Source: Octopus vulgaris
Taxonomy: Eukaryota
Direction: 5' to 3'
DNA: 64,000 nucleotides
Assembly (NCBI GenBank): GCA_951406725.2
Contig: OX597817.1
Span: 108,810,001 to 108,874,000 of the forward strand
This document shows positions 27,898 through 37,830 of the stretch, in pieces (the first letter of the stretch is position 1; each line of letters begins with the position of its first letter). A program made the translations under genes and the position numbers. The notes under the pieces are model-generated. The model was not told where the DNA came from. It saw nothing but the letters and a program-made list of their open reading frames with translations, and searched no databases.

Positions 27898-28484
27898 TAT
27901 GTATAAATTAAACAAAAATGTGCAAAAAACACTACGTTGACCTGCGGCGTGTATTTTAAGAACATAGACAAATGCAGGTATATCAAAGACTATATGACAT
28001 AAGTTCTTTGTTTATTAAAATTATCTCCGACTCTACGGGATATGACATAATTACCATATCACAATTAAAACAAGTTCAGTATACGAAGGTGCGACAATCT
28101 TAAAAATCAAGAAATCTCTTAAGTTAACTTCAAACAATAAGCCTGACCTTCTGCGAAAAAGCATGTCAACATCAGGGAATTCAAGTTTCCTGAGATTATC
28201 TCCCTTTCTCATATAGAGCTGGATTTAATTTTCTTTTGGTACCTATGAAACATTCGCTATAAACAAAGATAATTATGGTAAATATAAAAAATTATCTGGT
28301 ACGTTAATTGGTTTATTCGTATTTGTCTGTTATATATATATATATTCCTATATGTGTGTATAGATACATGTACATACATACATGTTTATATGTATGCAAA
28401 TATATGTATATAGTTCGTAAAAGAACTATATAGTAGTAGAAGAAAATATATATGTGAAGATGTATTGATATTTATATATTATAC

Positions 28485-28532
<48 letters not shown>

Positions 28533-29180
28533 TGATGTTTGTACATATCAATATCTACATATACAACTCGTACTCATATGTATATGTAGACATGCACGAC
28601 CTGTCCAACCACCTAATCTATATTCCTAAATTCTCTATTTCATACTACTACTCCTCTCTCTGCCTCATCACTACATAAAAGGAATGACCAATTTTAAATA
28701 CTATTGGATTTTACTCACAATGTATTGGAATCTTATATGTATACCACTCTGCCTAAATAATGGATCTTCAAATGCATATCTCACATCTATTTTCATTCCT
28801 CCACTTCACTCTCTATTTCGTATCTTATCTAAATTAACTATTGCGTAACCATTTTCTAACACCGTCTCCGATGAAGGGATATAATAAACGGGATGACGGG
28901 ATATAATCAGCATGATGACGGGATGTAATAAATATCCTGGAAACAGGACCTATTTATAAATGTTCTAAAATCTTCACAGCCTTGTTTTTTTTTCTTATCT
29001 CAGTCTGAAAAAGTTTTTTCATATATACACTTGCTGATATATGACTTATGGTGGACTCTTTATACGCATAATCATAGAACCTGGAGCTTAATTATAGTCT
29101 ATCCATAGCACTTACTCAGCATTACCTGACACCTACCATTGCCTCTCATAACCTCACTCTCTCTCTCTCTCTCTCTTTCT

Positions 29181-29262
<82 letters not shown>

Positions 29263-29273
29263 GTTATATTAAG

Positions 29274-29653
29274 TCTCTGAGCGAGATATAATCAGTAGCA
29301 ATACTGATTCATATCAAATAATTGCCAACCAAGTGTAGCGTCCTATACGGGACAGTGCTACTGACATTTTTAACCCCAGGAAGAGATATCTTCCAGCTGC
29401 CTAACGGCACACTTTCTGTGTCAAATTAGTATTTGCGAGAGGAGGTCATCGCTCCCATCCTTAGCCTTACGTGATACACATGGACTCGAGTTTCTGAGTG
29501 GTTACCCATCCTCAGCGTATATTCATCCCGAGCTAGTGATGAAAACTCACCCCACTTGCAAAATATTATATGCTTTTTCCAGTGACTAACCGTCGCTGAT
29601 CTAGAAAATGGAGAAATACGCTATAGTGAATCTCTAGGCGAGATGTAATTCAG
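29274..29653 (-). mobile_element. ~357-bp hammerhead-containing unit with a short terminal direct repeat (retrozyme-like)
   Basis: TCTCTGAGCGAGATATAATCAG (29274) and TCTCTAGGCGAGATGTAATTCAG (29631) bracket a hammerhead. Confidence 0.6.
29473..29524 (-). ncRNA. Type I hammerhead ribozyme, stem I partly eroded
   Basis: Minus strand: GAATATACG-CTGAGGA-TGGGT-AACC-ACTCA-GAAA-CTCGAG-TC-CATGTGTATC. Confidence 0.75.
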
Positions 29654-29783
29654 GACTTATTCTTTGTAAGCCTAGTACTTATTCTATCAGTCACTTTTGC
29701 CGAACCGCTAAGTTATGGGGACGTAAACACATAAGCATCGGTTGTCAAGCGATGTTGGGGGACAAACACAGACACACAACCAT

Positions 29784-29822
<39 letters not shown>

Positions 29823-29988
29823 AACGATAGGCTTCTTTCAGCTTCCGTCTACCAAATCCAGTCACAAGGTTTTGGTCGGCCCGACGCTATAGTAGAAGAC
29901 ACCTACTCAAGGTGCCACGCAGTGGGACTGAACCCAGAACCATGTGGTTGGTGAACAAGCTACGTACCACACACCTACTCCTGCGCCT
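29654..29988 (-). mobile_element. SINE family B, 3'-truncated
   Basis: Head AGGCGCAGGAGTAGGTGTGTGG on the minus strand, plus internal (TA)n(TG)n. Confidence 0.9.
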
Positions 29989-30537
29989 ATATATAAGTTA
30001 AAAGATTTTAAACAAGAAAAGAGAGAAAATGCTGGTGAATTCAAATAAGTTTCCTGCAGAAAATTTCGTTTTCAAATAAAACCAATACTAAATATGACTC
30101 TGTAACAATATGTCACTTTAATGAACAACAGAAATACTACAAGACTCATTAAGATATGTTCAATAATATATGAAGTATTACTATGACTTTACCGAATATC
30201 GTAATTCGTGTCAGAGTCGTTAGCATTCTAGACGAATGCTTTGCGGCGTTTCTTTCGGCTATACGTTCAGAGTTCGAAATCCCACGAGGTCGACATTACC
30301 CTTCATATAATCGACTGACACTCGTCCCACAAATTTCAGGCCTTGTATCTACAATAGAAGGGATATTTAAGGCCGCATTTCATCCGACTTTACGTTCTAA
30401 TTTCAAATGCTGCCGTGGTCCAAATTGCATTCATCCTTTTTGGGGGTCGATGGAATAAATATTAATTGAGCAGTTGGGTCGATGTAATCGATTAACTCTC
30501 TTAAAACGTTCAAGCCTTGTACCTATAGTAGAATGGA

Positions 30538-30867
30538 TTCTTCTTCTTCTTCTTCTTCTTCTTCTTCTTCTTCTTCTTCTTCTTCTTCTTCTTCTTCTTC
30601 TTCTTCTTCTTCTTCTTCTTCTTCTTCTTCTTCTTCTTCTTCTTCTTCTTCTTCTTCTTCTTCTTCTTCTTCTTCTCCTTCTTCTTCACCTTCTCCTTCT
30701 CCTTCTTCTTCACCTTCTCCGTCTCCTTCTTCTTCTCCTTCTTCTTCTTCTTCTTCTTCTTCTTCTTCTTCTTCTTCTTCTTCTTCTTCATGTTATTACC
30801 ATGATGATGATGAGGAGGAGGAGGATCATCATCATCATCATCACCATTATTATCATCATAATTATTA
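30538..30867. repeat. (TTC)n tract followed by ATG/GAG/CAT triplet repeats
   Basis: Direct reading. Confidence 0.95.
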
Positions 30868-30973
30868 CTTTTGTTGTCTTCTACTATAGCCTCGGCTTAC
30901 AGTTGTATTATTATAACACCGAATACTGCATCTACTGTAACGTATATTTGGCTGATATGCGACACCTGGTTGA

Positions 30974-31020
30974 CAGCCACTGAGGAGATCGCACAACGTT
31001 GAAATAACGTGATCTGGCAG
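30974..31020 (+). ncRNA. Degenerate type I hammerhead (unit 1 of an old ~329-bp dimer)
   Basis: CAGCCA-CTGAGGA-GATCG...CGTT-GAAA-TAACGTGA-TC-TGGCAG. Confidence 0.55.
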
Positions 31021-31302
31021 CTCTGACGCCCGTGTTAGACCGTCCACGTCTGCAACAATATATGTTTATGATCTTGGTACCGTAGGTCTATAAAAAAGAA
31101 ACTCTTAAAGTGAATACGGCAGTATTCAGCGTTCCAACAGTGCATCCATTTTAAATTAGATATAAATATTTTCATTCTGCAATATTCAAATCTTACTGCT
31201 TCTGACGGTAATATCTGCTTTTAATAAGCAATGTGAAACATCCCTGTTATTCTATATATCGTTGACAGTAAGATTTGGCTGTATGCAGCTAACGGAGGGC
31301 GC

Positions 31303-31348
31303 CTATGACTGAGGAAGCAAAGTACACTGAAATTGTATGATCTGGCAG
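31303..31348 (+). ncRNA. More degenerate hammerhead (unit 2 of the dimer)
   Basis: CTGAGGA(31309)-AG...CT-GAAA-TTGTATGA-TC-TGGCAG. The 5' arm of stem I is lost. Confidence 0.4.
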
Positions 31349-31790
31349 TTCCGACGCCTATGCCAAACGATTCTCGTCTGCTCTGATATATGCTCTTAGT
31401 GCCGTTCGTCTATATAAAGATTGCCATCAAAAGAAACCTTCGAGAATATCGGAGATATATGTATAGTAGTAATACTGACAGTTGCGATGTTAATCGTCGC
31501 TGTGTAAACGTAATGAAACGTAACTATATTTTGTTATTTTCTTCGTACACAGAAAAATATAGGGAACATATTAATATGCAGCATAGTGTACAGACTATTC
31601 ATTACAAGCTAAACTATGAAATATATAGTGTAGATTACTAAAATAATAAATATAAGAGAGTGGTCACTATATGGCTCACTCTAGCACTAGTTAATCCAAA
31701 AGGTTTCAACCACAAAAATATATGTTTCCCATGAAAGTCAGTACGATTGTTAGCTCACACGAACAGGGCAAATAAAAAATAACAAAAATA

Positions 31791-31886
31791 CAGATTATTT
31801 TGGGACAATTGTTTCGCTATTAATGAATTAAATGTAATTTTACTTACAAAAAAATCCACTTGTAGCTCCTCAGCCAAAACTATCTG
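31791..31886 (-). ncRNA. Type I hammerhead ribozyme, copy 1
   Basis: Minus strand: CAGATAGTTTTGG-CTGAGGA-GCTA-(43 nt)-TAGC-GAAA-CAATTG-TC-CCAAAATAATCTG. Stem I pairs at 12 of 13 positions; cleavage predicted between 31804 and 31803. Confidence 0.9.
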
Positions 31887-32326
31887 GATGAAATCCACTC
31901 AATCACACGCCAGATTTTACCATAACGATAAATACACGTGTGGTTCAATTGATTACATCCGACGTTATAATTCAAATGCCCCTACTAACAGCGCGCCAAA
32001 CTTTCACGGAGACAAATACCACATTTAGAAATAAATGTAGCATAATTATAATTAATTAATAAGGGTGAGAGAATTAGATACTAATTTAATAGCATATCTA
32101 TTCAACACCAAGTGGCCCAGTGCTCCGAGAAACCTGGATTATTATAATATTTTGTAATATATTATAATATTTTATACAAAAATAAATATAAGAGAGTGGT
32201 CACTATATGGCTCACTCTAGCACTAGTTAATCCAAAAGGTTTCAACCACAAAAATATATGTTTCCCATGAAAGTCAGTACGATTGTTAGCTCACACGAAC
32301 AGGGCAAATAAAAAATAACAAAAATA

Positions 32327-32422
32327 CAGATTATTTTGGGACAATTGTTTCGCTATTAATGAATTAAATGTAATTTTACTTACAAAAAAATCCACTTGTA
32401 GCTCCTCAGCCAAAACTATCTG
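32327..32422 (-). ncRNA. Type I hammerhead ribozyme, copy 2
   Basis: Same sequence as 31791-31886, offset by 536 bp. Confidence 0.9.
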
Positions 32423-33089
32423 GATGAAATCCACTCAATCACACGCCAGATTTTACCATAACGATAAATACACGTGTGGTTCAATTGATTACATCCGACG
32501 TTATAATTCAAATGCCCCTACTAACAGCGCGCCAAACTTTCACGGAGACAAATACCACATTTAGAAATAAATGTAGCATAATTATAATTAATTAATAAGG
32601 GTGAGAGAATTAGATACTAATTTAATAGCATATCTATTCAACACCAAGTGGCCCAGTGCTCCGAGAAACCTGGATTATTATAATATTTTGTAATATATTA
32701 TAATATTTTATACAAAAATAAATATGTAGATTACTATATATTTCTGTCTACAAGGAGAATAACGAATTGAGTCTCTTGACATCTCAGAATTTAATCACCT
32801 ATAAGAAAGAAAGTAAAATGAAGGGGAACATAATGAGATAAGCTGGAGCTATGAATGAAAAGGCTGCGAAAAAGTGCAGCAGCATTAAGCATTTAAAGAT
32901 GTTCAGGATGGGTGACAGAAGAAACGTGAGATGATTAAAAGCAGTGGAAGAAGTGCAAGATGGTGAGTTGTTATGTGAGGGAGATTCATTGGAGTGTTTA
33001 CCTGAGGTGCACGTGAAAGCCAGTGACACCAGCACGAGAAAGGTGAGGAAGAAACATTGTTGCGCAAACAGAATATGTATGTATGTATG

Positions 33090-33763
33090 CACTTTCGAGT
33101 GCTACTGGTAACATGTTACCAAGTACAACCTGTTGCATGGTCGGGCCGTTGGCGACTAAACCGGCAACCCACCAAGCTTGCTTGGTGAGGAGAGTGTTTA
33201 TTGGACACCCTGCGGGATGAAAAACAAACCCGTCAAGGGGCGGAGGAGCTATTGAGAGTCAACGGCCGTCTAATAAATGTGGTTTTTTTTTCTTTTTTTT
33301 CTTCTCTTAAGGCTTAAGGCTGTATCATGCGCGGGGACATAGAAATAATCGGACTGAATACCCGATCGCGCGGTTAAACCATTTGGAGTGAAGGACTCCT
33401 AGCCATTGTTAGGGCATCCTTCTAGGAGAAGGTAACTCGGGTAACTGGGATAACTCCGACATAAAACCTGCGGCTCAGTGGTTACCGATGATGTTGACTT
33501 GTTCTTCTTTTCGGATTATGGCTGCTGTTGCTTAGTGAGTGGGATTGACTCAGTGCACAGCCTTTCCTCACTTTAAAAAAAATCTTCTTGCACAGGCATT
33601 GCACGATAACAACATTGTTCATGATTGTTGATAGTGCTGTGAGTCTCAACTGAATGACTGGCTGTAGCTTTAAAAATCAAATAAAAGTCACATTCGATCA
33701 CAGCACTAATAACAGTTAAGCTTCGTGCAATGGCCATACTCGATAACGAGGGGGCAGCCATCA
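33090..33763 (+). mobile_element. Non-autonomous element D (RTE 5'-UTR-like), copy 2, inside (TATG)n
   Basis: Matches 13427-13955 inverted. Has the GGGCATCCTTCTAGGAGAAGGTAACTC motif and TATG repeats on both flanks. Confidence 0.8.
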
Positions 33764-35135
33764 TGTATGTATGTATGTATGTATTATGTATTGCATGGCC
33801 TGTCTCAGACTCGAAATCCATTTACAATTTCATTAAGAAAATGGTATGTATTTATTTGAGCTGTAAGTAATTAAGAATAAACATGCAAACAATCACATCT
33901 ATGTGTACCAATCACGCAGCAGAATTTAAATTCTTAGTTAGACCATGGGTATTTTTTCGGTAGTTTTCAATAAAAACTAAGCTAACAATTATTATGGTCT
34001 TCACGGCTAATTAAGTTTGTTTTCTAGTCTATCGAACACTACTTTTCTGTCACAACTTATAACAGTACAAAACTAACGGCCTGGCATTAAAGAGTCGAGT
34101 ACCAATATAGTGTGTATGATAAATAGATATATTTACAGTGTCTTGAGAAATTAGACCTAATGGTTAAACATATTAGTTCTGGTCACTTTATTGCTTATAT
34201 ATTTCAAGACAGATAGTGCAACTCCACCGAAGCATATCTATGTTATACTGTACAAGTTTTGAGTAGTAACAGTCTTCTTGTCGATAAAATTAAAAATTGC
34301 GTATAAGTTGAGAATGATCTTGATCACGAGATATTATATATTAAGAGAGGATAGTATGGAGAGTGCCAATATTTATTTCACTTTATTGTTACGTTATATT
34401 TACCATGCACGACACATGATTTTATTTCGTAATAATATTAGTTGTTGGGTTTATGTTTCTAGCCATCTGTAATTTAAGTCATATTAAACCCAAAATTTAT
34501 TACATTAATTTCCTATGGAGAGTAACAATTGAAACACATCATAACGAAATATCGAATAAAGTGAGAGAAAAATAAAACTATAAAAGCTATCTGTATTTTT
34601 AAAATAGCTGTTGTCTATGCCCATAGCGATAAAGAAAACAGATATAGGATTATTAGAGAAAGGGGAAAGGAAAAGTGAGGTTAATGAGAAGCAAGTATGA
34701 GCGACAGGGAATATAAAATAGAAGAATTAAAGATATCATGTATTGATAATACGAGCAGCTGTTAATGTAGTATCGGTTAGACAGCTTCTTACCATGTAAA
34801 AGGCTTTTATTTCGCAGCGGTTTTTCAATTGAAAATAACTACACAGGGAGGCCAGCCGAATAGCTACCATGTTCATTGTGTATAAAATTCAATTTGTTAC
34901 AGATATTATGAAATAATTTTTTGTGAAAATGTTCACAGAAACAGTCACGACATGATATGATAAATATTTGTGTGAGAGTATACACACACACACAACTCTC
35001 GCGCGCGCACAAGCACAGACACACAATTTATCCATACATGCATACACGCATACAGACACATATATATTATGCGTGCGTACAATATATATGTGTACGTGTG
35101 TGTGCATGTATCCACCCTTATACATATATATATAT

Positions 35136-35725
35136 ATATTTAAATAATGAGGGAGATAAATTAATATTAATTTTAATATCAATTTAAAACCAGTAGTCCA
35201 GCATACAAAAAATCTGAGAAGTCAGAGAAAATTCTAATATATGTGTATATTGGCAGGGCTTACTGCTAGGAAGTCGGCCGTATGCTAGAAACAGATCATC
35301 AACGATCAAACTACAAGGAAATTCTCTAGAGGAAAAATTCAGCGAACACCAGAACCAAATTTGGCGGGCAGGACAGATGAAAATTTATATAAAAAACAGA
35401 ATTAAATACATACCTCGGTTTCGGCCTTTAACAAAAGAATTACTTACGTAATTCAAATGTCCGTGCTTCTTCAGTGCATTCGTTCATTGTAAATGTAAAC
35501 TGAAAAAACTAACCCCAGCTTTCTGTGCCAGGATAGACACGTGCTTAGTTTTACCGATTACACTAGGGATAACATTTCAAATGTCTTGGTTCTGGCGCGC
35601 TAAGAAATTCCTAAGGCGAAGGGCTGCAGTAAATAATTCACTGCGGTTGGTGCTTACTACTAGAGAACGTATTTATTTCAATATTTAAATAATGAGGGAG
35701 ATAAATTAATATTAATTTTAATATC
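35136..35725 (-). mobile_element. 545-bp hammerhead-containing unit with a 45-bp terminal direct repeat (retrozyme-like)
   Basis: ATATTTAAATAATGAGGGAGATAAATTAATATTAATTTTAATATC at 35136-35180 and 35681-35725. Confidence 0.78.
35399..35485 (-). ncRNA. Type I hammerhead ribozyme
   Basis: Minus strand: GAACGAATGCA-CTGAAGA-AGC...GCC-GAAA-CCGAGG-TA-TGTATTTAATTC. GUA site; A.C mismatch at the base of stem II. Confidence 0.7.
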
Positions 35726-35841
35726 TGCTCGCTTAGCCAGTGGGGTGGCGTCATTTGAAGGCTAAAACAATGCGAAGCGTATTGTGACCAGCGATGTGTA
35801 ACAACATCTGATAGCCTGGTCGGTCACGGTGATCACGGTGA
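35726..35841 (+). mobile_element. 3' end of SINE family C
   Basis: Reverse complement of 48530-48642. Confidence 0.85.
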
Positions 35842-35865
35842 TATATATATATATATATATACAGT

Positions 35866-36025
35866 AGGCGCAGGAGTGGCTGTGTGGTAACTAGCTTGCT
35901 TACCAACCACATGGTTCCGGGTTTAGTCCCACCGCGTGGCACCTTGGGCAAGTGTCTTCTACTATAGGTTCGGGCCGACCAAAGCCTTGTGAGTGGATTT
36001 TGTAGACGGAAACTGAAAGAAGCCC

Positions 36026-36093
<68 letters not shown>

Positions 36094-36280
36094 ATATGTA
36101 TGAGTATATGTTTGTGTTCTGTGTTTGTTCTCCAGCATCGCTTGACAATCGATGTTGGTGTGTTTATCGGTTCGGCAAAAGAGACCGATAGAATAAGTAC
36201 TAGGTTTACAAAGAATAAGTCTTGGGGTCGATTTCTTTGATTGAAGACAGTGCTCTAGCATGGCCGTAGTCAAATGACTG
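35866..36280 (+). mobile_element. SINE family B (tRNA head, CORE-like ACCTTGGGCAAGT, internal microsatellite)
   Basis: A-box-like GTGGCTGTGTGG and B-box-like GGTTTAGTCCC. Multiple copies in the window. Confidence 0.9.
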
Positions 36281-36928
36281 CGAAGGTAATTTACAGCTCT
36301 ATCTAAACTTTAGTTCTGTAGAAATTCGACATCTGAACTAGAATAACTAACCATCACGAAAGTTTAATCTCGTTTTGACAATATCAAATAAATCCTTTTG
36401 CTTAAAGTACCACAAAGGTCCTGCCGCAAAATATAACCTTCTTTTAATAATTTTACGTAAATTTATTGACAGCAGATTTGAATAGAATTAAACACAGGCA
36501 TAAAACATTCATTTGTAGACATTAGCAATGGCTTTCTCTTACTTGAAAGTTCAACACATTAAATGAATATTCAAAGACATTCATCACCTAGTCGACGTTA
36601 TCCGTCTAGGGTCAATACTCCCTCATATAAACTGCCAATTTTATTCCTCAACTTGCTGTCGGGAGTAGGTCAGCCTAAAACGCAACTCTGAGTTGACTAT
36701 CGATAATTCAATGTAATAAATATATTTTATCCGTTATAGCAGCGTTTTCAGTTTTATGTCAGTTGATGTTTGAACTACGTAAAACAGTCAGACACACACA
36801 TATGTATATGTATGTGTGTGTATGTGCATTCGTGTGCGCCTGTTACACACATCTACGCGCGCACGTGTTTACAAGCGTGCGCGTATAAACATTCATATAT
36901 GTACATATATACTTGTCAACTAACGTAC

Positions 36929-36959
<31 letters not shown>

Positions 36960-37417
36960 AACATACAGATATACACACACATAGATATAAAGAGAGAGAG
37001 AGAAAGTGAGAGAGAGGGAGGAAGTATATCAGAAGGAAACCATTTTTGCCTGAAAAATAAAGGATCGAGGAGGTTATTGTTTTATGTACAGTGTTTATAT
37101 TACTTGTATGACTTGTAACAAAGATACTGAGCTTCTATTTACTCTCGTAAATTTTACTAGTACATATGAGCATTTCAAGGCATTAACGTCAAAAGTACTT
37201 ATACTTACGCTTATACGTCAGTGTATTTGTAGGAACAATTGTATACACAACAACTATGGTACTATATCTTGGTACATAATCTTTTTTAATCAGTCATAAC
37301 ATCTCAGTATCACAACAATCCAACAGCTCCTGTGTGTGAGGTTTTTATCTCTTACAAATGCTGCAACCTTAGCAACATACCAGTAAAGTTAACCCGTTCC
37401 TTTTCATAAGTGCATTA

Positions 37418-37418
37418 T

Positions 37419-37453
<35 letters not shown>

Positions 37454-37830
37454 TGTGTACAGTGCTCAGGTGCACTACAACTCATCTAAAGTGTATATAT
37501 AATCAGGTGTAGTTTCGGCGGATTTCGGAAAGCATGAGGGCCTTAAAGGATGCAGTGTCATGGCAGTCAACAACTGACGCAGGCAGTTTATTCCATGCTT
37601 CAGCAACTCTGAGCGTGAAAAAATGTTTCCGAAAGTCATGGGAGCTGTGTTGTTTTCTGACTTTGTAGGCATGTCCACGTGTGTTAGACACATGGAGATC
37701 AAAAAGGTGTTCAGTGTTGTTGTTGGTGAGGTGGTTGATAACTTTGTGGGTGTTTACCAAGTCCGTCGCCAGACGCCGGAGCTTCAGTGAATCCATGCCC
37801 AGGGAAACAAGGCGCTCAGAATATGGTAGA
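37418..37830 (-). mobile_element. CR1-type LINE 3' end with (TTA)n tail
   Basis: ORF LRRLATDL...NTRGHAYK...RKHFFTLRVAEAWNKLP, a short 3' UTR, then a TTA repeat. Confidence 0.9.

Larger units (their letters stand above)
31641..32724 (-). mobile_element. 536-bp x2 tandem retrozyme-like element with a 12-bp TSD
   Basis: Units start at 31645 and 32181 and look identical by eye. TGTAGATTACTA at 31629-31640 and 32725-32736. One hammerhead per unit. Confidence 0.88.

Noticed and set aside
30474-30983. Poly-L, poly-S and poly-K ORFs, and the poly-E ORF at 54418-54789
   Set aside because: (TTC)n tracts that stay open in several frames; no gene context.
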